NCBI GenBank assembly: GCA_020137815.1
Contig: CM035356.1
Coordinates: forward strand, 620,001 to 684,000
Reading direction: 5' to 3'
DNA from: Hormiphora californensis
Taxonomy: Eukaryota > Animalia > Ctenophora
DNA: 64,000 bases
The first letter of the stretch is position 1; each line of letters opens with the position of its first letter. The notes under the pieces were generated by a model that saw only the letters and a program-made list of their open reading frames with translations, was not told where the DNA came from and did no database searches. Shown here piece after piece: positions 40,401 to 50,300 of this stretch. A program made the translations under genes and the position numbers.

Positions 40401-40495
40401 TTGTTGAGCAAAACAGCCTCGATGAACGGGAGTTTCCACCGAGTGTTCCCCCCAGCGGCTGGTGAAATACTCCTCCCATTTAGTAGAATGATCTT
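37490..40495 (-). CDS. LINE ORF2: APE endonuclease + reverse transcriptase
   Basis: EN motifs KIILLNGRSI, TESWL, GGGC, YRPP, GDLN, SDH. RT motifs YLDYSKAFDRV, GVPQGTVLGP, FADD, DLG. The frame is open upstream to ~40801 without an ATG. Confidence 0.95.
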   Translation of the reverse strand, partial: KIILLNGRSISPAAGGNTRWKLPFIEAVLLNNPNSPPTVALAITESWLKNYIADAQIKMQGYSTFRSDRPDRKGGGCVLYIREDIPVSYAYSFSDRECSLVLAFSKAKNMLFSCVYRPPESSDQSFITVMNDLQDKIDLLSNERSPEMFIMGDLNLPLFNWKEESLPSAAANIAAYQRTVNFIEENFLTQVVDKPTRGNNILDVVMTNSPQYVSTVTTEETKISDHRIVDCTLVINPLMETADTIKKWDHMSFRGLDIQKANFEEMNVDIASVDWDELQTLCEESGDPVGDKFKELFILTVLQITIKHTPQKIQRRKISPLEPLKRRRRKLKARLGAMSSVNVNISKTEELQDELTALEDKIQNAVDESIEKKEHSAIKTIKENPRYFFSYAKRLSKVKSNVAPLKRDDGTLTTDNTEKAELLQKQYCRAFSDPDGGDLLKSLSWVEDSVAILEDFIFTSEDIKGALSELDPTSAGPDGDIPARILSACKTTLAVPLFLLWERSFEEGITPPNLKKQYITPIFKRGDKTLAVNYRPVSLTSNLLKTFERVVRNKLVEHLESNNLIPDSQHGFRKQRSCLTQLLDHMDGIFRELNSGNEVDVIYLDYSKAFDRVNHTILIAKLEKLGIRGKVLRWIKDFLTGRYQTVTVDGEKSNFELVKSGVPQGTVLGPILFIIYVADLQSQVIHSKIRTFADDTKLQKSVNSETSGAEMQEDLQRVVEWSAANCMTLHEDKFEVIHYTLNKTFLLRELPFTHEFSSYETPAGNEIQPADTVKDLGIILSNSGSWTDHVMRISSEARRMAAWALRAFKDRSVTTMLTLYKSLIRCKVEYCSPLWSPYKIGDIQALESIQRQFTRRIENMAQFDYWERLKMLRLMSLQRRRERYTIIQMWKIYNGAAPNSTNTRFYHHQRLGIRAEVPTLYSGAQKSFSTKYFHSFTVRAARLWNTLPKEVNTAVTLDTFKILLGRWLDHFPDNPPVKGYSTRNNNSIMDWVLEVRAKGGC

Positions 40496-41829
40496 TGAGA
40501 GGGAAGTATTTGGGTCGGCAGTTGCCGATGTACTCCTTGAGTCATTGATATTCCTGTGGGTAGAGTGTACTGTACTGGCGGGTGTACTTGTAAATGGTGG
40601 GCCAGCTGGTTGTGCAGCATTGACTCGTTGTGAGTGGGACCAAGCTGGGAGAGAATTTCTTCCATTCTGTCTGCTTGCCTCAGTGACTCCTCTCTCGCAT
40701 TCCGGACCTCCTTCAAGACAATGCTCAGAAAACCCGATTGTAGGTGTTCGGGATTTTGCTGCGAAACTGGTCGTAATGGTGAGCCGCTGAGAGGGAGGTT
40801 TTCATCATGCACTTTATCTCTATGACCATTAGTATGAGTGCTAGTTTTCGGTGTTGGCCTGGCAATTTCTTGTCGTTCTCTCCTTTCAGGGTTTTCCACT
40901 TTCCTTCGTGTACCCTTGAGGTGGAGATGTGGGCAATCAGGGTTTAGGCACTGCCGCTCCTTCATTCTCCGCTGTGAGCCCTCACATAATTTTGGATGCA
41001 GTTTTGAGCACTTTGCACCCAACTTACACCCATGACGTGAGTGAGATCCGTACAGTTTGAATTTTCTGCAGACTTTACGGTGGGTAAAACGGCAGGTTTT
41101 CCCATTCACTTCCTTTTTCCCGGATATCCCGTGCCTGCAGTAGCCTTCTGCCAGGAATGAACAAGGGGACTTAGAAGATTCCCCAGTTGGTTCCTCTTCA
41201 GCTACAACTTCTGCAGCAATGCCAGGGGGATCGGCGATTTCGTCTGGCACTATCACCGGGTCGTCCTTCCCCGGGATAACAGGTATCCTCGACATAAGAT
41301 CGAGACTATTCTTCTCGGTGCAGGAGTGGCAGGTCCAGTTTAATCCCGTCAGTGACTGAGTGATTGAGTACAGGGTGGAGAAAATTTTGGCAACTCCTTC
41401 ACAGTCGTGGCTTCCCTGGAAACACATCCAGCAGGTGAAAACGGGTACAGTGTCTTTCTCGACACAGTAACTTTCCAAGCAGACCCCGCACGTGCTCGGG
41501 GTATATGATCTGATTTTCAGAATACAGCGGTGAATCAAGACGGGAATATTTCTGTAGCCCTTGTCATTATCAGTTTGCCGAATGTCTAGAGATAGGTAGG
41601 TAGCAAGTTCTTCGATGTACGCTGCACTAAACTTGGACTTGATCTTGATGATAACTTCGCTCAACATGGCGTCCACCTTGCATTCCAGCTTGTTGTAGAA
41701 CTCAAGTACCGCTTTGGCGCGGGGAGGTGCTTCGGCCAACAGGAATTCAGGTATCACAGTCCTCACAGGCTCTTTTTTCGACTTCTTGTCAGCCGACTTT
41801 TCAGGTTGCACTACAGCTGTTGCAGTCAT
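40480..41829 (-). CDS. LINE ORF1 with a PHD-like finger and three CCCH zinc fingers
   Basis: CGVC...CWMC..SHDC...WTCHSC; CSFL..C..C..H, CRKF..C..C..H, CEGS..C..C..H. Confidence 0.85.
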   Translation of the reverse strand: MTATAVVQPEKSADKKSKKEPVRTVIPEFLLAEAPPRAKAVLEFYNKLECKVDAMLSEVIIKIKSKFSAAYIEELATYLSLDIRQTDNDKGYRNIPVLIHRCILKIRSYTPSTCGVCLESYCVEKDTVPVFTCWMCFQGSHDCEGVAKIFSTLYSITQSLTGLNWTCHSCTEKNSLDLMSRIPVIPGKDDPVIVPDEIADPPGIAAEVVAEEEPTGESSKSPCSFLAEGYCRHGISGKKEVNGKTCRFTHRKVCRKFKLYGSHSRHGCKLGAKCSKLHPKLCEGSQRRMKERQCLNPDCPHLHLKGTRRKVENPERRERQEIARPTPKTSTHTNGHRDKVHDENLPLSGSPLRPVSQQNPEHLQSGFLSIVLKEVRNAREESLRQADRMEEILSQLGPTHNESMLHNQLAHHLQVHPPVQYTLPTGISMTQGVHRQLPTQILPSQRSFY

Positions 41830-42159
41830 ATTTGTAATCAGCTTCCTCCGATCAGAGTAGGGTCATACGACTGAAACAATTGAGGGGGGGTGCCGCCTCA
41901 ATAAATAGTTTTACGTTGTAGTTGATGAAAGTTGATGAAAGTAATCAGCGGGGAAAGGAGACCGAGCAACCACCGTTTTAAGATGCAAATCAGCGAAACA
42001 GAGGTAGTGCGGGATAGTACAAACTACAAAGTTTTTAATCGGCGGACAGCTGAGTCAGCTGACAAGGGCTCAGAAAAGAACATTTCACGACCTCCAGAAA
42101 AAGAAAACAGGACTTTTTTTGAAAAACTGACGCTTTGAGGTTGAGTGAGTTTGAACAAA

Positions 42160-42380
42160 ATCGACGCGAAAAATCATAACTGCGATACAAATTTGCGCGC
42201 AAAATGGAACACGCGAATAAAATGATCAAAGCGATGCCGAATTTTAGCTCTATTTAAGCCGCGCACTGTGAATTTCTCCAAAAATCTCTTCACTTTTCGG
42301 TGGTTTTTGTCAAAATTTAGTAAAAATTATTTCTATCTCGAAAAGCGCTGCCTTATCCCGCACTGCGGGGTAAGGGGTCT
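42160..42380. promoter_or_regulatory. Putative CpG-rich (possibly bidirectional) promoter region between Arp2/LINE and AKAP14
   Basis: Local CpG/CGCG enrichment (cgcgaaaa, ttgcgcgcaa) between divergent genes; position-based inference only. Confidence 0.3.
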
Positions 42381-42549
42381 GTAGCATATGTATTTTTAAG
42401 TTCCCTTGGGCACATAACTGACAGCCTTGAGCCTAGCTTTGCCTCTGATCACTTATCTCATCAACTTATATTATGTCAATGCTGGAGTTCAAACAAACGC
42501 CTTCACTTCCCTAGTTTTATCTGATGTAAGCGTGTTGCAGTACTTTAAA

Positions 42550-42988
42550 ATGGTGAAATCGAGTGAAATCAACGAGGAGTCTGCCATCAAAGTCATCGAT
42601 GAAATTGTGAAAAGCTGGGGAGTACACGAATGCTGGCTGTACTGCATTGATTTTCTGGAGAAAGTTGATAACAAACATCTGTTCAGGTAAAACTTTGTCC
42701 TAAAGATTGACTTGTGTTTGATCATTTAAGACCATAATGTAAATATAATTTTAATGATTCTATTGTTACAGAGTAAAATGGAGCATCCCGACACGACGAA
42801 AGCCCATTCCTACCGCAACCGCAGCCGTCTTCTTTACAATTGATACCTCTAAAGCGGAAGCAGAGGTGACATATGTGCTTGAGGCCCAACGATTGATTCA
42901 CACGCCCGGCAAGACTGTTTTCCGGGAGAAGTGGTTGAAAGACATTGTCACAACAAAAACCATGATGATGAATGATGTTACCTTCTAA
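42550..42988 (+). CDS. AKAP14: A-kinase anchor protein 14 (AKAP28 family), ciliary
   Basis: Exons 42550-42686 and 42772-42988. WLYCIDFL...RVKWSIPTRRKPIPTATAAVFFTI...YVLEAQRLIHTPGKTVFREKWLKDIV. Confidence 0.85.
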
Positions 42989-43139
42989 AGAATTTGTCGT
43001 GAAATCTGGAACAGAACATTTTACATGAAATAAACTTATAAATTGTGCAATTCATTTTAGTAAATAAAGACTTTGTTAAGCAGATTGTAGACACCCCTTT
43101 TTAGAACCTCGTTGATCCTACTGTGAACCACTTTTTAGA

Positions 43140-44138
43140 ATGGATGACGACGAGGATTACAAGTCCCAGCTCTCAGATGACACCCAGATTAACCTTCGAA
43201 GACAACAAGCTATCCGTATGATTGAGCGTGCGTGGTGTTCCTTTCGAGATCGTCGAATGTTCAAAGTGTTAAAACGATCAATTTGTAGCGCTGAAAACTC
43301 TGTCACGAACGAGGTCCTCAAAAAACTAAACCCAAAAGAAGCCGAAGTTCTCAACGACCCTACGATGTCAGCCAAAGTTCGTTTCCGTTTTGGCGGGGAA
43401 GAGTTTCCCCCGATTGTCATGTTTAAAGTTTTTGTTCGTGTTGGAAGCTCCTCATCAAAATATATTTCTGGTAAAAAGATGATAAAAGCAGACTCTGATG
43501 CAGCCCGAGACGCTCTAAAACTAATGGGGAATCGGCGATATTATGATCAACTGATATCAGACGCAGCCCAGTGTTCCGCTATCACAGACGAGATGGATGT
43601 GGCCACACTCCGAGATTTCATGATCCTTCAATCCCACGAGGATGAGCTGCCGAGCTATCTTGGTGGTCGTCACAACCAGTGGAGAGAGTTAACACTAGAG
43701 AACTTGACACGACGTGACGTCATGTATGACGTTGTGGATTATATCAAGTCAGGGAAGAGGTCTGATAGACTGAGATCTGAGTTCCCTACCCTGCCCATCA
43801 GATCTCTCCCTTCACACAGCCAGCCTGCTCAGTATGATTGTCTCAGGAGATTGTTGGCATACAAAAAGAAGGCCACATCAGGGTCCGACTCAGCAAGGCG
43901 GTCACAACAGGCCAAGAGAAGGGTGGCCAGAATGAGACGTTTATATGGCCACGAAGACTTTTCAAATAACGGGAACACAACATATTACACTGGGAAGGAG
44001 GAGTCAGGACCGAGCTACTTTCCTGAGCTCAATGTTACTGTGTCAGACGAGGAAGATTGGGAGAATGAAGCGTCCCAGTTGTATCAGTGGAGTCAGGAAC
44101 TCAGTTTTAACGAACAGGACCCTGAATTTGCATTTTGA
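43140..44138 (+). CDS. CXorf58: CXorf58-like uncharacterised protein (intronless)
   Basis: AIRMIERAW...MFKVLKRSICSAE...EVLKKLNPKEAEVLNDPTM..KVRFRFGGEEFPPIVMFKVF...YLGGRHNQWREL. Confidence 0.75.
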   Translation: MDDDEDYKSQLSDDTQINLRRQQAIRMIERAWCSFRDRRMFKVLKRSICSAENSVTNEVLKKLNPKEAEVLNDPTMSAKVRFRFGGEEFPPIVMFKVFVRVGSSSSKYISGKKMIKADSDAARDALKLMGNRRYYDQLISDAAQCSAITDEMDVATLRDFMILQSHEDELPSYLGGRHNQWRELTLENLTRRDVMYDVVDYIKSGKRSDRLRSEFPTLPIRSLPSHSQPAQYDCLRRLLAYKKKATSGSDSARRSQQAKRRVARMRRLYGHEDFSNNGNTTYYTGKEESGPSYFPELNVTVSDEEDWENEASQLYQWSQELSFNEQDPEFAF

Positions 44139-44457
44139 AAAACGAGGGATGAGGGAAGAGGGAAGTTAGGGAGAGGTTTTGTAAATCAGATTGCTGTAAA
44201 AATAAATAGTTGTTGAGGTGAATAAAAGGGGAGCTTTCAAATTCTTTTTGTTCTAAGCTTGGGTGCTAAAATTTGTATGTTGTGTTTGTGATTTTATTCT
44301 TCTTTTAATTATTTAGCCTTTGCAGTGCAAACTTTTAGTTACCTTGTCTATCTTCTGTTTTGTACCTCCCTCAACTAAAAAACCCCAAACTCTCCATCCC
44401 ATTCCCATATTGTTCTATTCCCCAATTTAATTCTCCTACCATCTCCCCTAGCTAGAT

Positions 44458-45975
44458 ATGGACAGCGAGGGTCTAACACAGAGTATTGAGAACCTGGCCA
44501 GTTCTGGAATTGTGCTGAGCACCGAACAGAAGGCTGCCCTCCAGACTTCCCTAGTTCTCCTTCAGAACGCTCAGAAGTTCCACAAGGTCCAACTGTGGGG
44601 CAAGATTGTTGGAATTAAGGAGAGCTATTTCATTGCATGTGGAGTTGGCCGGGGTAATGAGCTTGGCGAGAGGAAGTTCCTTTACAGGTTAGTGAAATGA
44701 AAGAAATGTTGATATATCCTGGTTTTATTGTCTGTTCCTTCTGCTAATGAAGAGAGATTTGATGTCTGTGCAGTCTCATAAACCGATGAAAACAATTACA
44801 TCTAACCCTCATTTCCCCTCTCTCAGCCAGGACTGTATGAAGTGGTGTATGCTGCCTATCCTAGCTGATTCCCGGGCCCAGATGTGCCGCAGTCTGAGTG
44901 GCAGATTCATTGGAGACCCCACCTATGAGTATGAGTACATTGACATGAAGGTCGTGGGAGAGGGAGAGGAAGCAGAAGAGGAGACTAACACGGTTAGTTT
45001 TCAATCTCGTGAAAACCTGTTAGTTCATTAACTTGATGATTGCATATTACAAGAGACACGAGCTCTTGCATACTAGCGAACATTGCATCGCTAGGCAAGA
45101 ACTACCAACGAATATTGCACATTCGTGTGCAAGATCAAACCTCCCATCAGAGTTTGCAACGTTTCAGATGGTACTGTCGCGCGCGAAGGAGGGCAACAGT
45201 AGAAAGTTTTCATTGTCATTGCTGCGCGCGCGGTTGTCCTTGGCAACTGTTGTTGTCGTGAGAAAATAACTGACCCGCCGCATCATCACATACACACACG
45301 ACCCCTAAATATCACAATTATCCCTTCAGGTTCTGGTCAAGGAAGAGGACAGGCTTGCTGCGGTCATTGATGAAATCGATCGAGATGTGCACATCGTCCC
45401 CCGAGGATCTTATGTCAAGACAGCCACCGGAAAGATTGTAACGAACAGAAGCTTCGAGGGGCTGAACAACCTCGACTGCGTGAAACTATCCTCTTACTTC
45501 CACTTCAAAACTACCCCTAGCACAGACAAAATCAACCTTCTAGCAAAGGTGAAGTGAAAATGTCATATGTATTTATTTAGTCCAGGTCTTCCAATTCCCT
45601 TCCCGAAGAAACTCAGATTACTCATTGCTAATCTCCTTCCCTCTTATCAGGCTACGTTGGACCCTAGCATTGATTTTCTGGAGCACGTTGAGCATGATCT
45701 GCCCAAGGGATGCTGGTCTCTCCACCAAGAGCGAGGGTCCGGCCTAGTTGTACTGAAGAGTCTACTTTGGTTAGGGTAAGTTGAAAGGGACAATGGAACG
45801 TGTTACATGTTACTCACAGCCAGACTAAAGTATTCTGCTCTCTTTGATAAGCCCATTTCTTACAAATCTTCTTCATTTCAGATACAACTTCTACCACGTG
45901 CCCGGCACCAGGAAATTCGGATCAGCCTACTTTGGAACTGGAGAGAAGAACATCGACCTGCCCTTTATGTTGTAG
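44458..45975 (+). CDS. RSPH9: Radial spoke head protein 9
   Basis: Exons 44458-44687, 44827-44992, 45330-45548, 45651-45775, 45882-45975. Motifs LWGKIVGIKESYFIA, GRFIGDP, KEEDRLAAVI..ID..IVPRGSY, NRSFEGL, DLPKGCWS, LKSLLWLG, YFGTGEKNIDLPFML*. Confidence 0.95.
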
Positions 45976-46574
45976 ATGTAACAGTTGCCCTTTAAAACAA
46001 GGAATAGGGCGGTGTTTTGGATGTCACGTTCTGAGAGTGAAAAGGGAGAGACGTTTTAGTGCATGATGTTCGTGCAAGACCAAATTTTCTGAGAGTGAGC
46101 GTGTGTATACAATATTGTGTAATATAGCCCCTATTTGTATTGTTCAGAAACACACGAAACTCCGACTTTTATAAGTTCTCCAAACAACAAGAATATTGGG
46201 GAACTACTCAGCATGATAATAATGTCCCCTCTCACTGAGATACTGAGATCTCAGTCTCCCCCTTTGTCTCCCACATTAGAATATACCCCATAGCTCATTT
46301 CCATACAATCTCGATAATCAGACCCCCACACAGCTGTGCGAAATATCTCACCTCTCAACCCGCATTTGTCACAAACACCCCCTCCCTGGAATCAACACAA
46401 CACCTGGCACCTCTCTCTCTCAATCGATATCGCAATCACACACAAACACTACCATCCTTGTATCAGTGTGTTTGTTGTTCCACCCTCAACAAGTTTCTGG
46501 GACTATCAACTATCAAGTATCCCCTCTCTCACTGTGTATTACAAGTTACAGGGGACAAGTGTTTAGTACGTCTC

Positions 46575-47108
46575 ATGACGGTTATTCTATTCCTCCTGAT
46601 CCTGACACCATGTTATGTTACCTCACAACACCACCCTACAACTGCCGCCTCAAGTCCTAATTTCACCTCCATCCTAGGACCTATACTCCTGGACGGGCAC
46701 GGCAATGAAACATTACTCTCCACCCTGACCCACCCCTCCAGATACACTATAACACATTTCGCCCTGTACTTCACCTCCCAATGGTGTCTTCCCTGTCGTT
46801 ATTTCACCACGGCCCTTACCAGCGTCTACAATCAGATTAACAGGAAACGTGGCAAAAGGTTTTACATTATCGTAGTGTCACGTGATGTGGACGAGGATTC
46901 ATTCAGAAAATACTCAGAACACTTGCCAGTAACATGGTTCAGGGTGCCGTTTAGAGAGGGAGGGACAAGAGGAGAGCTGGCAAGGGCTGCCGGGGCTATT
47001 TACCCGCCCACATTGACTATTCTGGACAGGAAGTTGAGGGTGGTAAATGGGAATGCAAGGCGTGATTTAATGGCTGATAGACGTGCCAAGAGGTATCCCT
47101 GGGGGTGA
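46575..47108 (+). CDS. Thioredoxin-fold nucleoredoxin/tryparedoxin-like protein with a predicted signal peptide
   Basis: MTVILFLLILTPCYVTS leader; ALYFTSQWCLPCRYFT..L..VY..IIVVSRD..F..Y..W..VPF..L..PTLTILD..G R..YPW. Confidence 0.8.
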   Translation: MTVILFLLILTPCYVTSQHHPTTAASSPNFTSILGPILLDGHGNETLLSTLTHPSRYTITHFALYFTSQWCLPCRYFTTALTSVYNQINRKRGKRFYIIVVSRDVDEDSFRKYSEHLPVTWFRVPFREGGTRGELARAAGAIYPPTLTILDRKLRVVNGNARRDLMADRRAKRYPWG

Positions 47109-47367
47109 AGAATTAAACAATTTGGTTTAGAGTTTGTAAAAGGGTAGCACAAATAAAGTACATTCAAACAAGTTAATAATTTTGCCTTTGTTTTTAAATT
47201 GACACTCACAGTTCACACTCCTGTCTCCCACACACAATTGTATACATTTAATTCTCAGTTCTTACTGAACATTCAACACTCATCAATTTCACAGCTATCA
47301 ACAGTCAAAAGTTTCATTTGAGGAAATAAACAACTCTACAGTGCTGCAGTAGAGACTACACCCAGTT

Positions 47368-50300
47368 TCACAAGGGGGAGTCAATACTACTATCACGAGA
47401 CGTTACAATCTGAATGATATTATAGTTCGATTTAACCGCTGCAGAATCTGTTGACAAATTGGCATTAGTCGAGATAATTATAGAATCTGAGGACTGGTTT
47501 CCATTTGCTGGTTTACAAACATCTCCATTTCTTATAGTCCCCTTGGTCCCTAATTCTAACCTTACAGTTGCATTAGTTTTTAATATTGTTTTTCTTTGTG
47601 CTAATCTCGGTGTAAAAATGGGCGATTTATCGGTTATTGTAAAAAGACCCCCCTGGGATTGTAGGTTTTCGGTGGGTTTCCGACGGAGCTTTCTCCACAG
47701 ATTCCGTAGCACACCCTGTATCTTCTTATTTCCGTACACATACACTATCGGGTTGGCTGCGTTGTTAGTCATCAGTAGGGCTTTCTGCCATAGTAGGATA
47801 CTCCTGTTGAGAAGAGATGGTTAGCATTTGTGGGTGATAGCACCAGCCACCAGAAGTTGTTCATTCTGCGGGGGGGGGGGGGGGGGGGGGGCCGGCTGAA
47901 GTTTTTGAAGTTTTTGAAGTCAACTTCAAAAACTTCAAAGCGAAACTTAGGGTGGAAAACTTCAAAAACTTCAAAAACTTCAAAAACTCATATCTCCTAA
48001 ACCGTTGGAGATAGGCCCTATGTTGCTTCATAACTCTTATATAAACTTGCATATTCCGAACAAGATGCACCCCTTTAAAAAGCCTATAGTCACTCATAAA
48101 CCATTATATAACTGATCTAGCCCAAAAAAAGTCATGCGCACACACAAAATTATGAAAATATCCCATTATCCCTCGAATTAGATGTGGTGGAGACTTCATT
48201 TTGGCACGTACCCCCACTAACTCGAGGCCGCTGATGATTTTGGTGTCCATATTTTTTTCACTACTCCCTTCATAAAAAATTTGCATTTTGTGAGACTGGC
48301 AAAAAGGGTGTGGCCCCAAAAAAATTTTTTGAAAATTTACTTCATAACTTTTAAACACTTTCTTAGCATTTTCTAGGCAATTTTTTGAGTTATAGAATGA
48401 AAATAAAATCTGTTTTTACAAAAAATTTAAATTTTTTACACCAAATTGTGCCATGGATTTCATGGCTAGGAATCATTGTAAATATCCTAATTTGTGGTAG
48501 AAAAAGGGAAGACAAGGACGGATAACTTTGCCACAATATGTATTAAGCATGAAACTAACCTAAACAAGTGTAATAATAGTCACTGATAGCATATAAAAGT
48601 AGTTTAGAGTTTTTGAAGTTTTTGAAGTTTTTGAAGTCAACTTCAAAAACTTCAAAAACTCAAAAAGTAGGGTGGAAAACTTCAAACTTCAAAAACTTCA
48701 GCCGGCCCCCCCCCCCCCCCCCATTCTGCTTCAGAACTAAATACTTGTTCAAATACTAATAGGGATCAAGATTCAAGGTTCTATTTTTCTAATCACCTCG
48801 GTATGACCTCCTCTCCTCCAACAAAGAAAGCCACAGTGGTGACAACGAAGAACATACTCCAACACACAATATAGGCCACAACCACTAACAGCACTACAAA
48901 CACTGTCTTGAGAAGGTGCTCTCTAACCGAACCTGTCTGTTGGTCTTTTGCCTGACGGGGGGGGGGGGGTTAGGATCCTTATAATGTAGGATTTTATTAT
49001 GCCTATAAGTTGTACCTGAAAACTTATAACACGAGACCGAAGGTCGAGTGTTATAAGTACAACAATAATGATCCGAGACCACAGGTCGAGGCAGATTCTT
49101 GTACTTTAGTGCACGAGCCTGCGAGTGCCACTAAGTCTAACTACCTCACGAGCCTGCGAGTGATGAAGTTTTACTTTTTGACCGAGCCTGCGAGGTCTAA
49201 AAGTGTAAGAATCTGGGACATTATTGTTGACGTCAGGTACAACGAAAATAGGCATAATAAAATTGCATTGTAAAATTTTTAAAACAAGAGTGAGAGACAG
49301 TTTAGGGCGTAACAATAGAAAGAATTCATGATAAGGTAGCAGGCAGAGATAAGATAACGCCTGAGATCTATAGGTAAAGAGAGTGAGAGATTAGCGAGAG
49401 TGATCAGAGAGAGATAAAGAATGTGTGGGTCTGGGAGTTTGTGACTGTTATCTTGATCTCGGTGTTGCAACGGCTTGAGAGTGTGACATAAAGAAAGAGA
49501 GAGAGGGAGTTCGTAAATGCTTATCTTTCTAACGGTTTTTAAGTGTGACAGAAACAGTGGAGTAAGGAGTTCGAAGTGCAGCAGTGTTATAAGTTTTCAT
49601 GTATCACTGGGGGGTGTTATAAGTGAAAACTTATAACACTGGGGGGTGTTATAAGTGAAAACTTATAACACTGGGGGGTGTTATAAGTTGTACAAGCAGT
49701 GCTACCTAAAGAATTATATTATATCTCAAAATTTTACAATGTACATTGTAAAATTTTGAGATATAATATAATTCTTTAGGTAGCACTGCTTGTACAACTT
49801 ATAACACCCCCCAGTGTTATAAGTTTTCACTTATAACACCCCCCAGTGTTATAAGTTTTCACTTATAACACCCCCCAGTGATACATGAAAACTTATAACA
49901 CTGCTGCACTTCGAACTCCTTACTCCACTGTTTCTGTCACACTTAAAAACCGTTAGAAAGATAAGCATTTACGAACTCCCTCTCTCTCTTTCTTTATGTC
50001 ACACTCTCAAGCCGTTGCAACACCGAGATCAAGATAACAGTCACAAACTCCCAGACCCACACATTCTTTATCTCTCTCTGATCACTCTCGCTAATCTCTC
50101 ACTCTCTTTACCTATAGATCTCAGGCGTTATCTTATCTCTGCCTGCTACCTTATCATGAATTCTTTCTATTGTTACGCCCTAAACTGTCTCTCACTCTTG
50201 TTTTAAAAATTTTACAATGCAATTTTATTATGCCTATTTTCGTTGTACCTGACGTCAACAATAATGTCCCAGATTCTTACACTTTTAGACCTCGCAGGCT

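Larger units (their letters stand above)
37432..41950 (-). mobile_element. Full-length, apparently intact CR1/L2-group LINE (5' end approximate)
   Basis: ORF1 and ORF2 are uninterrupted. 3' tandem tail (tttatcaag)n at ~37432-37455. Confidence 0.9.
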
